From positions 1-64,000 of the IMG/VR virus record IMGVR_UViG_3300048919_000175: a DNA stretch of 64,000 bases, one strand, 5' to 3'. Shown in pieces: positions 36,976-47,419 of the stretch; the first letter of the stretch is position 1; every line of letters starts with the position of its first letter. The stretch is from a virus. A program made the translations under genes and the position numbers. A model generated the notes under the pieces. The model was not told the origin of the DNA. It searched no databases and saw only the letters and a list, made by a program, of their open reading frames with translations.

Positions 36976-37661
36976 TATAGGTCCTCGATCTTGACGGCTT
37001 TCAGCTTCTTGCCATCTTCCCCAAAGAATTCGAACTTGGCAATGTCGCCGGTAGCGAGGCCAAGCTTGGCGAAGTCGGTCTCCTTGCCCTTCTTCAGGCG
37101 CTCGCGGCCAAAGGCTTGCAAGGACTGCGCATGCACGGTCTCCTTGAGAATAGGCTCAAGGTCCTCCGGCTCATAGGTGCCGCCAGCGGCTTCTACGTCG
37201 GCTCGCATTTCCTTCTGGATTTGCTTGATGGTATCGACCATGACGCCCATGACCGCCTGCGCGACGTTATGCATGGTCTTGGGGAAGTCGCACTCGACCG
37301 TGGCCTTGATCAGGTTGCCGCCGTCGATTTCCTGCAGGTACTGGATTGCCTGCTCTTTGTCAAATTCGTCCTTCGGCAATGAGCCGGAGACGTACTGATC
37401 GAGCTTAACCTTGATGCGACCATCAACGGTTTCGTATTTGCCGGTCTCGGAAGCCTTCATGATTTCCGGGAGTTCGTACTGCTTGATCCGATTAAAGCGG
37501 CCGATGCGAACCTTGAGCAGCTCGACCACTTCTCGAATTTCTTCCTGCAAGCCGCCAGCCTCTTTGACCAGCTCCTTGAGACGATCGAGCTTGTCGGAGG
37601 AGGCTTTTGCGGCCTCCTCCTGCTCGACCTTGGCAGCAATTGCTTCCATAAGGTCTGACAT
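36975..37661 (-). CDS. Conserved phage replication-module protein
   Basis: LPEIM, LIK, VHAQSL.AF.RE pattern, adjacent to the SSB gene. Confidence 0.65.
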   Translation of the reverse strand: MSDLMEAIAAKVEQEEAAKASSDKLDRLKELVKEAGGLQEEIREVVELLKVRIGRFNRIKQYELPEIMKASETGKYETVDGRIKVKLDQYVSGSLPKDEFDKEQAIQYLQEIDGGNLIKATVECDFPKTMHNVAQAVMGVMVDTIKQIQKEMRADVEAAGGTYEPEDLEPILKETVHAQSLQAFGRERLKKGKETDFAKLGLATGDIAKFEFFGEDGKKLKAVKIEDL

Positions 37662-37666
37662 GGTCG

Positions 37667-38500
37667 TTACATCTCCTGTCCGGTGTCGGCTTCGCCGCGT
37701 TTGGAACGACCGCCGCCACCGGTCTGCTCTTCTTCGAGCGTGGAAGTATCGACCTTGGCCTTGCCCTGCTCGACCAGCTCGCGGAGCGACATGGCCTTTT
37801 CGAACAGCCGTTTGGCTGCTGCCGGGTTCTTTTCCTCATATTCGGGAATAGAGAGGCCGCGTTCGATGGTCCAGCCGATCCAGTTGCCCTTGGCATTGCT
37901 TTCCGGGACCGAGCCGAGTTTATAGGCACGATACCAAAGCGGAGCCTGGAAGAACGAGCCGTCCGGACGCGCGATTTCCTCGGAGGTCGCGAGGGTCAGC
38001 ATGTGCTTGCCCTTCTTGATCTGCGTGGAGGCGAACGAAATGAACGTCGGGCGCAACTGCGCTTCGAGGTTCAGGCCGATGAACTGCTTCGTTTCCACGA
38101 TGTAGTTCCCGTTCGGCAGGGCGTCACGACCAGTGGCGTCTTGCTCGGTCTGCTCCATAATGTCATCGGTTTCGAAGACGTTCTGGAGACCCTTGCCGCT
38201 GTCACGCGGTGCCCATTCCAGCCACAAGTTCTGAAAGAACACGGGCAGGAAGCGGATGCCTTCCTTGAAAACTTCGCCAACGCCGGTATCGAAAATCTGG
38301 CCGGGGCGAAAAGCCTCGTTGAATTTCGCATGGCCCATTGTGCATTGGGGCGAGTTAGACTGAAGGATCGTAAGGCGCGGGATAAGGAGGTCGGAACTCT
38401 TGACATCCTCAAGACCTGTCTTCCCTGTGTCGAACATAGACGCAGAGAACATCGTCGAAGGAACCTGAGGCTCCTCAGTTTTTGCTACAGCTTTTGACAT
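37667..38500 (-). CDS. Putative single-stranded DNA-binding protein
   Basis: DLLIPRL.ILQ..SPQ N-terminus, acidic flexible tail, first gene of the replication operon. Confidence 0.65.
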   Translation of the reverse strand: MSKAVAKTEEPQVPSTMFSASMFDTGKTGLEDVKSSDLLIPRLTILQSNSPQCTMGHAKFNEAFRPGQIFDTGVGEVFKEGIRFLPVFFQNLWLEWAPRDSGKGLQNVFETDDIMEQTEQDATGRDALPNGNYIVETKQFIGLNLEAQLRPTFISFASTQIKKGKHMLTLATSEEIARPDGSFFQAPLWYRAYKLGSVPESNAKGNWIGWTIERGLSIPEYEEKNPAAAKRLFEKAMSLRELVEQGKAKVDTSTLEEEQTGGGGRSKRGEADTGQEM

Positions 38501-38645
38501 TGTTTACCTGTTGTGAGAGCGCTTGAGAACGGCCTTTCCGTTCACATTTTGGCTCATTTACCATGTTTACCGTAACGGGCACGCGGCGCAACTTTAAAAA
38601 GTTTTATTTTTTTAAGACATTGTTTTTGTTAGGAAATTTTGTGTA

Positions 38646-38664
38646 TAAACTACCTTGCATTTTA
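38646..38664. promoter_or_regulatory. Palindromic operator, copy 1 (divergent promoter region)
   Basis: TAAACTAC-CTT-GCATTTTA. Confidence 0.55.
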
Positions 38665-38708
38665 TTTTGCCACATGCCACTTTAAGCCACGGCAAGGGAG
38701 TTAATTGC

Positions 38709-39008
38709 ATGGCGGCGGTCACTAACAAACTAAAGTTGCAGCTATTTGAGCGGACCTACAGACAGGTCTGGGAAAACATACTAGAGACGCATCCGCAATA
38801 CGAGCTTAATCAACGAGCAGCTCTGGACGAGGGTCTCATTCGTCGGTTTATGGCGCATATCGAGTTATACGGCGTCCGGGAAATCCCGACAGACCAACAA
38901 GGCTTCGCGCGGCTCACGTACATATTCATGGCGGCTGTGCTTGATATCCCCAACACGACCTTCGGTTGGGACAATTGGTTCAAAGGGAAAACGGGCACAC
39001 TGCTATGA
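38709..39008 (+). CDS. Hypothetical protein
   Basis: GGGAG RBS, first gene of the rightward unit. Confidence 0.65.
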   Translation: MAAVTNKLKLQLFERTYRQVWENILETHPQYELNQRAALDEGLIRRFMAHIELYGVREIPTDQQGFARLTYIFMAAVLDIPNTTFGWDNWFKGKTGTLL

Positions 39009-39283
39009 GCATAGAGTTCATTACGCCAGACGGCGAGCGCATATACGAAATACTGAAGGAGAAGGGGCACTCGCCCGCGCTGACGGACGAATATGAAAAT
39101 GAAGACGGCTCCTTGACCTTTGACATGTTCTACCTATCTGTAGACTTGCATAACGGGCCGGGTTGCTCCGTATGTCACTTCTCTTTCTGTCATCATTGCT
39201 GGAGCGGCAACGCCGACGACATTCCAGAGTGCGACAGCCCCATTATTTGCGTGGAGGTAACTCGTGCTATTAGCTCTTCTTGA
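39005..39283 (+). CDS. Hypothetical protein with Cys/His cluster
   Basis: ATGA coupling, C..C...C..C pattern. Confidence 0.6.
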   Translation: MSIEFITPDGERIYEILKEKGHSPALTDEYENEDGSLTFDMFYLSVDLHNGPGCSVCHFSFCHHCWSGNADDIPECDSPIICVEVTRAISSS

Positions 39284-39400
39284 ATTCTTCTTCCAGGACA
39301 TTCCCCACTGGCTAGGCGGCTTGATCTACATATGGTCATTCGCGCTTTGCTTCGGCATGGCGTTAGGGCTCATTGCTGAGATATTCACGAGGAAGAAGTA

Positions 39401-40168
39401 ATGGGCGATATTGTTTACACGGCACTGCACAAGCTAGATTGGTCCAAGGTGCCTGCCAAGACTAAAGACCTTTATCTGAACAGAGCCGCCAAGTATTTCG
39501 TTGATGACGATGTGGTGCAAGTCATCACTCGTGGCGATGCATGGAAGTCCATCAAGGCTCTGGTCGACGCCAATCTGCTCAAGCTGCCGTTCAATCCGCT
39601 TATGATTGAATACAGTGCCACCGGCAAGTTCCGCTGGTTCATCGTCCTTGAAGACCTCGGTGACGAGTTCCGGGCGCAAGCAATCTTCCGTCACATGGAA
39701 ACGGACGTGACCTATTACAGCTCGCGCGACGTGCGCGTTACGCTGACCAATACTCAATTTCAGTGCGACGGCGTGCGCACTGACCAAGACGCCAATGCGA
39801 TTGTCTGTGCCATTTGCATGGCACTGTTGTTCTTGAACACCAAGGGGATCGAGAAGCAGGTGCGTCAGCATGACGGCCTGAACAAGGCACGCGCCAAGAG
39901 GGGCAAGCCGACCGTTCAGCCTTATACGACAATTCGCATTGGCACCGTTTACGACCGCGACGGCAAGGGGACCAAGATAGCGGAAGGGACCGGGCGCACT
40001 ATGCCTGTTCATCTGCGCTCCGCGTATACTCGCGCTCAGCACTTCGGCCCCAACAATTCCGAAGTTAAGCAGGTCTACATTGAAGCCTGCATCGTTAACT
40101 ACCGGCCGGAAAGCGGGGCTGACATGCCATCGCTCGTCGCCAAGGTAGCACGCAAGGTGAAGATGTGA
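39401..40168 (+). CDS. Conserved hypothetical phage protein
   Basis: 255 aa, LNKAR.KRGK and PVHLR...R.Q..G motifs. Confidence 0.7.
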   Translation: MGDIVYTALHKLDWSKVPAKTKDLYLNRAAKYFVDDDVVQVITRGDAWKSIKALVDANLLKLPFNPLMIEYSATGKFRWFIVLEDLGDEFRAQAIFRHMETDVTYYSSRDVRVTLTNTQFQCDGVRTDQDANAIVCAICMALLFLNTKGIEKQVRQHDGLNKARAKRGKPTVQPYTTIRIGTVYDRDGKGTKIAEGTGRTMPVHLRSAYTRAQHFGPNNSEVKQVYIEACIVNYRPESGADMPSLVAKVARKVKM

Positions 40169-41082
40169 ACTGGTTTAAAAGACTATTCGGGTTTGGTGTA
40201 CCTGACGTACCGACAAAATTCTGGCATGCGCCGGAAAACTACCGCTTGCCCGATCATTCCACCAAGGAGCATCCATGGTGCTTTCCGCCCGGCAGGCCGT
40301 ATCAGGTGTACGATGGTCCGCATGGCGGCGTCAAGGGCAAGATGCAAGTGTGGACTTCCGAGCGGGAGCTGCCGGGCTATGATCTTATTGAAGACCATTA
40401 TTCAGATCGTCTGTATCATGTGTGGAGAGGGGAATGATCTACGACTACATCGAGCGAGCCTACGGCAAAAGGTTCTGGTCAGGGCAGCGCGTCAAATTCG
40501 AAGAGGCTCGCGATAAGCGCGACACCCTATCTCGTGAAGGCACGGTCAAGGACCCGGACCCGAGCTACGGGCTGCACTACGTCATGGTTCAATTCGACGG
40601 CGAGAAGTGGCCGTTGCCCTGCCATCCGGGATCACTAGTATGAGCGACAACTTTCTGATCAATGACCAAGAGCGGGTCAACAATATCTGCAGGATCGGCC
40701 AGCGTGAGAAATGCTGCCGCTACCTTGGGGCTGGCGCACAAGGCTTCGAGTGCTTCAAGCATCAGCCTGACCTGAAGCGGCAAGTTGATTGGCGCGCGGC
40801 CCACGGCACAATGACCGCCAGAGCTGACAACTGCGAAGGCGTGGTATGAACGAGTTCCGCACTGAGCAAGTAAAGCGTATCATGCGGCAATTCAGCAAGG
40901 ATACATTCACAACGGAGCTGCGCCCGAACATGGCGCGCTACACAACGGACGACATAAACTTTGCTGAGCGTGCTGGCTATATCCAGCGGCACCCCGGCAT
41001 TCTTGGGTCACGCTGTTCATACTACCGGACTGCCAAGGGCGAGGCATTCTGGAAAGAAATGCGCCCAGATCAAGGAGAATGA
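40165..41082 (+). other. Four coupled small hypothetical ORFs (40165-40437, 40434-40643, 40640-40849, 40846-41082)
   Basis: Chain of 4-nt start/stop overlaps. Confidence 0.6.
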
Positions 41083-41083
41083 A

Positions 41084-41722
41084 ATGGATTACAATATAGA
41101 GATCGACAAGTTCGCCGCCGCCATGAAGGAAGCCATGTACGAGGCCGACCAGAACGGCAAGTACGGTTGGGACGATCAGGAAGAGTTTCCGACTTCAATG
41201 GCAACGCAGAGCTTCCTGCGCAACATCACCAAGGGCCGTCCGGTCGACGCCGCCAACTACCTGATGATGATCCATGCGCGCGGGCACGATCTGCAGGTTC
41301 ACGTCGACGAGCAGGATACGGTCATGGCCCGTGGCCTCGCCATGCTGACCAAGTATTGCCATGAAGCCAGCTACAACGCGGGCTGGTGGCATGTCCGCCT
41401 GCCGGATGGCTCACAGGTAGACATGAAGAACTCTCCTGACCATCCGTTCTACCCGTACTTCATCGCTACCAAGATGATGCTCGGCGTCTCGGAAACTGCC
41501 GAAGGCATGGAAGGGTTCCGCAAGAGCTTGGCTGACGACAAGCTGCCGCAATTCACCATGGAGGAATGCGAGGCGGCGGATGAACTTATCCGTCTGTTTG
41601 ACCGTTGCGGCGCTCGCGGCTACCGGATCATCGAGGCGTTCTTCGCCAAGACCTCGTTCAACACCGTGCGACCGGACCACAAGCCGGAAGCGCGGCAAGG
41701 CGTCGGCGGAAAGAAGTTCTGA
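41084..41722 (+). CDS. MazG-like NTP pyrophosphohydrolase with an extra N-terminal all-alpha domain
   Basis: SE..E..E..RK, E.E.AD..IR..D and K..FN..R motifs. N-domain carries GKYGW and KG.PVD.ANY.MM. Confidence 0.8.
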   Translation: MDYNIEIDKFAAAMKEAMYEADQNGKYGWDDQEEFPTSMATQSFLRNITKGRPVDAANYLMMIHARGHDLQVHVDEQDTVMARGLAMLTKYCHEASYNAGWWHVRLPDGSQVDMKNSPDHPFYPYFIATKMMLGVSETAEGMEGFRKSLADDKLPQFTMEECEAADELIRLFDRCGARGYRIIEAFFAKTSFNTVRPDHKPEARQGVGGKKF

Positions 41723-42147
41723 TGGACATTACCTTCCCGACGCAAGACGAGGAGGAAGGGTTCCATGCAGAGCTCACCTACCATCGCGACAACATCATTA
41801 TCCTACGCAACAAGGCGTTGATGCAGAACAACTTTGAATGGGCTGTCGCGCTCAGTCATACGATAGCGTTCCTGAGCGGCATGCAGAGGGCTCCGACCGA
41901 GCTGCCGCCGGACGACCCCAATTATAGCCCGTTCTCAATGGATGCGAACCATGACGGAGTTATTTCTGCCCTGCTTGGGGTCCGCACGGCGATCATCAAT
42001 GCCCCAAAGGATATTTTGACGGATACGTTCTGGATGCCAGAGATGCCCGAGGAATATGCCATGAAGGGCGCAACTGTGGTCGATTACATCGATCATTATT
42101 TGCCGGAGAGCCTACGCCGGGCCGCTGAGGAAGCGCAGGAGACCTAG
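41722..42147 (+). CDS. Hypothetical protein
   Basis: TGATG coupling. Confidence 0.6.
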   Translation: MDITFPTQDEEEGFHAELTYHRDNIIILRNKALMQNNFEWAVALSHTIAFLSGMQRAPTELPPDDPNYSPFSMDANHDGVISALLGVRTAIINAPKDILTDTFWMPEMPEEYAMKGATVVDYIDHYLPESLRRAAEEAQET

Positions 42148-42166
42148 TAAAAGACCTTGCATTTTA
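42148..42166. promoter_or_regulatory. Palindromic operator, copy 2
   Basis: TAAAAGAC-CTT-GCATTTTA. Confidence 0.55.
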
Positions 42167-42208
42167 CTGCAAGAAATGCCATTGTGAAGCCGGTAAAAGG
42201 AAGGCAAT

Positions 42209-42517
42209 ATGGACACGAAAGCAAACGCTTATGCAGTTTTGGAACTGTGCCAGAATGATCCAAACTACAGCAATATGTCGCTGGACACGGACATTTCCCG
42301 GCACATCCGGAACCACATGGGCATTGTTGATTGGCCTACTTGGCGACCGCTCTACGAGCATATCGGCTTCACAGATGAGCAGGGCCGCGAGCTGTGGTAT
42401 CTGCTAGACGATGAGGAGCTTTCCAAGGAGAACGCGCTGTTCCAGTTCGAACGAATGATCGAACAGCAGCACGGTACTCTTGAAGGCATGTTCCCTGTTG
42501 CAAGGAGACTTCTGTGA
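42209..42517 (+). CDS. Hypothetical protein
   Basis: AAGGAAGG RBS. Confidence 0.6.
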   Translation: MDTKANAYAVLELCQNDPNYSNMSLDTDISRHIRNHMGIVDWPTWRPLYEHIGFTDEQGRELWYLLDDEELSKENALFQFERMIEQQHGTLEGMFPVARRLL

Positions 42518-42843
42518 GCAAGGGTGGCGTTAAGCCGATCTATAAAAAGCCCTTTGATAGGCAGACTATTACCCGCGTACTGACTTGTCGGAACAAGGGA
42601 ATGCAGCCCAAGGAGATCGCATACGAGCTTAACCTAAAGCAGCATGCGGTCTATCAAATCTTGAAGGACGCGGGCCGACCGGCCTCTGGCCGTGGTGCCA
42701 AGCTGGTTGACCGTATCAACGCAAGGCTCGACGCCGATTGCGCAGAGCGCGTTCGCCAGTATTGCGCGCGCGAGAACAAATCAATAACCGTGGCTCTGAA
42801 CGATTTCATCAGAGCTGCCCCCAAAGAGGTCATGCGAGCATGA
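42514..42843 (+). CDS. DNA-binding regulator: HTH plus ribbon-helix-helix-like domain
   Basis: GMQPKEIAYELNL...AVYQIL, then INARLD...RVRQYC..ENKSIT..LND.I. Confidence 0.7.
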   Translation: MSKGGVKPIYKKPFDRQTITRVLTCRNKGMQPKEIAYELNLKQHAVYQILKDAGRPASGRGAKLVDRINARLDADCAERVRQYCARENKSITVALNDFIRAAPKEVMRA

Positions 42844-42991
42844 TGATCGCTATCTTCAACAACTTGCCCGAGATGCTCCTTGGGATTGTCTATACCTACA
42901 CGGTCTTCCGTGTGGGCCGCTGGTCAGCAAATCGCTGGCCTTCTAAGAAAACCGTAGCTTGACCGGTTAAGTCAAGGAATTCAACAGGAGA

Positions 42992-43471
42992 ATGAATATG
43001 TTTGGTTTTGGTAAGAAGAAATCGATCCTTGGCGCGGCTGCATCGGCTGCCTTCAAGGAAATGAATGCCGGTCAGCAGGAGAACCTTGACTTCCTGGAAG
43101 CCGCTGCTTCTGGCACGGCACTGGTCGCTACGGTCGACGGCAATGCTGACAGCGCCGAGCGCAACAAGGCGATCTCGGTGATCACCAAGAACAAGATACT
43201 CGGCCCGATCTTCAGCCAGCAGCAGGTCGAGGGCATGGTCAATGCCTACATCGACAAGGCTTCCGACAGCGCCGGTAAGAACGAACTGGTCAACGAGCTC
43301 AAGGACCTGAAGAACCACGAGAAGGGCGGCGAGTACGCCAAGCAGGTCTATCTGATGGCGAAGGACGTTGCCAATGCCGACGGCGGTATCGGCGACCGTG
43401 AGCAGAAGGCGCTGGACATCCTCGCCGGTATCCTCGGCGTCAATCCGCAGGACTTCGCGTTCGACTTCTGA
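42992..43471 (+). CDS. terB: TerB-family protein
   Basis: FLEA......LVA.VDG....ER and VA.ADG.I...E...L..LA..LG. Confidence 0.85.
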   Translation: MNMFGFGKKKSILGAAASAAFKEMNAGQQENLDFLEAAASGTALVATVDGNADSAERNKAISVITKNKILGPIFSQQQVEGMVNAYIDKASDSAGKNELVNELKDLKNHEKGGEYAKQVYLMAKDVANADGGIGDREQKALDILAGILGVNPQDFAFDF

Positions 43472-43525
43472 TCCGCAACACTAACTGACCTTGGGGCGCA
43501 ATCCCCAAGGTCTAGGGAGAACAGC

Positions 43526-43795
43526 ATGCCACCTGAAGACATCGTGGAACGTCCGGTCAAGTCGCTGAACGAAATCAATACAGCCTGCACGGCAGCGGTC
43601 GACAAGACCGTCGAAACCGCAAAGGCTGGTATGATCCAGTTCGTTACGGACGTCAAGGAAATTTGCCTTGATCTGGAACGCCTGCCAGAGGCCGAAAAGA
43701 AGGCTGGTTGGGCAATCTTGACCATGGCTTTCGCTCGCTTCAGTCGGGAGCAGGACGAACTTAACAAGATCGCCGAAGCCGAGTTCAACAAATGA
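43526..43795 (+). CDS. Hypothetical protein
   Basis: GGGAG RBS. Confidence 0.6.
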   Translation: MPPEDIVERPVKSLNEINTACTAAVDKTVETAKAGMIQFVTDVKEICLDLERLPEAEKKAGWAILTMAFARFSREQDELNKIAEAEFNK

Positions 43796-43971
43796 TGAAG
43801 AAACGAGCGGAATATTGGTGCACGCTTTGCGGCATGACATTCCGCTCGTACGGAGCAGAGGCGCGGCATCGGCACAACGCGCCTCTGCTCTGCAAGACAA
43901 ATAAGAAAAAGCTGCCGAAGGAGAATAAAGATGGCAACGTGCATAAAGACCGGGGCTCAGATTTATCTTAG
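43792..43971 (+). CDS. 59-aa zinc-finger-like micro-protein (not in ORF track)
   Basis: ATGA coupling, YWCTLCGMTFRSYGAEARHRH...C. Confidence 0.5.
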   Translation: MMKKRAEYWCTLCGMTFRSYGAEARHRHNAPLLCKTNKKKLPKENKDGNVHKDRGSDLS

Positions 43972-44233
43972 CCAGTATGGAGCATATGTCTATGGCGATC
44001 TTCATCAAGTTTCCGAGGACGTATTCGTCATGCGCACCAGCGGGCCACGACGGTTCGAGCCGTTCAACGGCAGTAATATTGTCCATGGGCTCGTCGCCGA
44101 TATCTACGAGTGGTGGGAAGAAAGCGCTTACCCTGCCACCTATGGCACGCTCATTATCACGCAGATGCAATACCTTGGCTACGAAGGCGTTGAGCTTGTT
44201 CCGGCCAAACCCCATTCTCCAAGTCCAGCATGA
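43931..44233 (+). CDS. Hypothetical protein
   Basis: AAGGAG RBS. Confidence 0.6.
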   Translation: MATCIKTGAQIYLSQYGAYVYGDLHQVSEDVFVMRTSGPRRFEPFNGSNIVHGLVADIYEWWEESAYPATYGTLIITQMQYLGYEGVELVPAKPHSPSPA

Positions 44234-44474
44234 GCGCGCCCGTAGGCAGCGCCAGCCCGGCGCGGTAGTGTATTGCTCAACCGGAGTAATAGTAGAATGC
44301 CATCCTGGAGCCAGTCATTCCGAATTTGGCGACGACGCAACTATTCTGAGGTCGGTTGCCTCACTGTCTTTGCTTGGATTTTCGTAATATTCTTTGTCGT
44401 CATGGTCGGTGCTTGCGTTTTCGATCCCTACCGCAAGCCAGATATCACACATGTAGGGAAACACGAGGAATGAA

Positions 44475-44771
44475 ATGGGCTTCTTTCAGCAGGTTGAGGG
44501 CGTGGCGTGCGTTTTATCACAGAACGGCGGCTTCACACAAAACGATATCTACAAGCGGGACGGATATCTTTACGCTAAGTCTGGCAATGTCTTTATTCGT
44601 CTGAACCGCGACGGCTCAACGACCAAGCCAAAGGTCCGCCTGGACCATATGACTTTTGACGATGAGCTTTACAGTGACGCCATGGGCCGATTGTGCACGG
44701 CAGAAGTCAAGACAGCCAAGCCGCTCGATCACAAAGTGGCCAATCAGCTGTTGCTTGGGGTCGATGCATGA
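44475..44771 (+). CDS. Hypothetical protein
   Basis: GAGG RBS, coupled to the next gene. Confidence 0.65.
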   Translation: MGFFQQVEGVACVLSQNGGFTQNDIYKRDGYLYAKSGNVFIRLNRDGSTTKPKVRLDHMTFDDELYSDAMGRLCTAEVKTAKPLDHKVANQLLLGVDA

Positions 44772-45565
44772 AAGAGACCGGTTACGTCAACGTCAGGGAG
44801 ATGTTCCGGCAAGCAGACGAAATTGACCTTTACGAAGGCAGGCTCGCTTATTCCAGATACCGGGAGATGATGGCCCGGTTCGCCGCCGAATACAGCCACG
44901 ACATTAGGGAAGTGACCGCCGCCTTTGTGGCGCTGTCGCCTAACAATGATTACCTTGGCAATCTGCGCTCGCTGAAGACCTTGCTGGAAGCTGACCGGCA
45001 GGGCATACCAGTTGAGCATGCTTCTGTGTCGACCTATATTGCATGTCGGACCAGAGCCTGGAAATATCTGCAGAAGGCTGACGATTTTCTGCTCACGGCC
45101 CGTGGCCCCAAGACGCGCGCCTTCTATCATAATATTCTGTGGCCGAACAATCCGGATTACGTCACCATTGACGGCCACATGGTTGCCATCTTCATGAATA
45201 ATGAGGGCACCATGAAAGAAAACATCATCAAGAATGAGACGATGTACAACCGTGTCGCAGCCGCCGTAAAGCGTTGCGCCCGTATCAATTCTATGCTGCC
45301 GAACCAGATGCAGGCGACCTTGTGGTACACCCGCAAGCGACTTCTGCGCGTGAAGTTCGAGGCACAGTTCCAGTTGTTCGGCGACCCAACCGATCGTTGG
45401 GGTGCGTCCATGGACATTAATGAAATTAAGCCTTACGAATTCAAGGCCAAGAAAAAGAGCGAGGTCGCACTCGCCAAAGAAAGAATAGATCAAGAACAGG
45501 AGAAAATGCATGAGCTACGGCAGCAAAGAGGAGAGGCTGAATGGCATCGCGAAAGCGCTCTATGA
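44768..45565 (+). CDS. Phage DNA-glycosylase-like protein (DUF7178-like)
   Basis: ALSPNN...N, GPKT.AFY.NI, VTIDGH, QMQA.LW. Confidence 0.6.
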   Translation: MKETGYVNVREMFRQADEIDLYEGRLAYSRYREMMARFAAEYSHDIREVTAAFVALSPNNDYLGNLRSLKTLLEADRQGIPVEHASVSTYIACRTRAWKYLQKADDFLLTARGPKTRAFYHNILWPNNPDYVTIDGHMVAIFMNNEGTMKENIIKNETMYNRVAAAVKRCARINSMLPNQMQATLWYTRKRLLRVKFEAQFQLFGDPTDRWGASMDINEIKPYEFKAKKKSEVALAKERIDQEQEKMHELRQQRGEAEWHRESAL

Positions 45566-46723
45566 GTACCGGCCGATCATCGAGCAGGAAATCGATACGC
45601 TGGATGGATCGCCGAAAGGTCCAGCCGTCACAATTTCTTGGGAGGAAGTCACGAGTGACTATCCTGCCACGTACGAAGCCATTATCGAAATGGCAACAGT
45701 CGCAGCCAAGTATCTCGATAATGGAGGAAGCCTTCCGCATAACGCCTATACCGGAATTGGTAGCGAGAATATTAAGCAGGGCAGCAAAGTCATCAAGTAC
45801 GAGCTCGGCGCGTACACGGGCAAAGTCGACGAGCTCTACGAAGTCGACGGCAAAACCCTCGCGTCGATCGTCTGGGACGAAGGCTGCGTCACGGACGACA
45901 TCGAAGTAACCGATCTCGTTCTTGCGGAGGAGGGCTGACATGGCGCTGCTAGCATATATTGAAATAGACTACTACACTGCACAGCGCCACAAAATCGCAG
46001 CTATGGACCGGGAGACCTATGAGCGAGTGCGCCAAGACATTCCTGCGCTGAACCTTTCAGAATGGCAGGAAGGCAAGAACGAAGCGCCTACGTGGTATGG
46101 CATCGGCAGCAACGCCATGATTGATCTTGAGACCGACGGCAAGGTTATTGCCGAGTTAGGGATTGACTTCAAGGTCAAGCGTTTCAAGGGCGCTTATTTC
46201 GCCGGTCAGCCGGTCGGCAGATATCAAACCGAGATCAAGGGCAGCGCTGAGATGAACGTCGGCACGCTCATTCAAGTGTCAATCCCAGATCTTGCGTTGC
46301 TACATATCACCGAGGTCAAGGTCCTGGAAGATTGCTGCACGGACAGTCTGAACGACGAGCTGGAGGCTGGCTGGCGGATCATCGCAGTTTGCCCGCCGAA
46401 CTCGCAACGTCGGCCGGATTACGTGTTGGGGCGGCGCACGTGATCTATGAATGTTTCTTGGTCGCTGCCGCAATCTCGATCCTTGTGGGACTTGCCTGAT
46501 GGATATCGAAGACCTCAAGACGGAGAATATCCGTTTACGAAAAGCTCTCACCTTGGCCGAGCTGAGCAACGGCGGGTTGCTGGCCAAGGTGCGGGCGCTG
46601 GAGCATCGCTCCAAGAGGCGCATGAAGACGATAAACGATCTTAAGCGCAAATATCAACAGGCCAAGAAAGATTTGCTCTTGGTCAAAGCATTATGGGACG
46701 GCGGAAGTCATGAACAGAAATAG
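45510..46723 (+). other. Three hypothetical ORFs (45510-45938, 45940-46443, 46451-46723)
   Basis: Contiguous ORFs with RBSs. Confidence 0.6.
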
Positions 46724-47348
46724 ACCTACGATCTACATCGCCAGCAAGGCGCACCACGGGGCGAAGTGGAAGGAGCTGATCGATCATTGGGAGCGCTCCG
46801 AACACGAGTATAAGCCGCAGTTCATCATGACGTGGATACACGAAAGCGAGCCCGGCGAAACGTCAGACTGGACAAGGCTCTGGTCCGGTTGCATCTATGA
46901 AGCCGGTGCAGCCGATTACTTCATCGCCTACTTCGAGGAAGGCGAAACTCACTCTGGTCTGTTCGTCGAGCTCGGCGCAGCGCTGGCCGAAGGCAGACAG
47001 GTCTACGCCGTCAATATGCCGAACTACAAGATCGGCAAATACGCCATGATCAATCACGTCCAGGACATGGGCCAAGCCGTCGGCGCAATCCTCGGGGATT
47101 GGCGCACTCGCATAATGACCGCAGACCCTGTCACGCGGTTCAGTCTTACGGTGTCGATCCCCAACGAGGAGTTGCCGCCCGTGCCGATCTGCCAGAAGCT
47201 GATCAACTTTGCGGAACGCTCCCTGCGCGCTGAGCTGATCGCAACGGCGCTGAAGTATAAGCTGGAAGCCGTGACCCAAGTCCAGACGCAGCTCGGCAAT
47301 GAATACGCGACCATTCAGGCTAACCTGAGCGCCGCTGCCGAAACCTGA
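46710..47348 (+). CDS. Second NDT-like (nucleoside deoxyribosyltransferase fold) protein
   Basis: IYIASK, E...AD, G..VELGAAL..G..V. Confidence 0.7.
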   Translation: MNRNRPTIYIASKAHHGAKWKELIDHWERSEHEYKPQFIMTWIHESEPGETSDWTRLWSGCIYEAGAADYFIAYFEEGETHSGLFVELGAALAEGRQVYAVNMPNYKIGKYAMINHVQDMGQAVGAILGDWRTRIMTADPVTRFSLTVSIPNEELPPVPICQKLINFAERSLRAELIATALKYKLEAVTQVQTQLGNEYATIQANLSAAAET

Positions 47349-47363
47349 ATTTCTGCAAAATAA

Positions 47364-47419
47364 AATGGCCGGTCCGATTTTGTCGATAGACAATGGCCGG
47401 TCTGATTTTGCCGATAGAC
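47364..47419 (+). repeat. 28-bp tandem direct repeat, 2 copies
   Basis: AATGGCCGGTCYGATTTTGYCGATAGAC twice, 2 differences. Confidence 0.85.

Noticed and set aside
47364-47419. Mini CRISPR array
   Set aside because: Two adjacent repeats with no spacer, and no cas genes.
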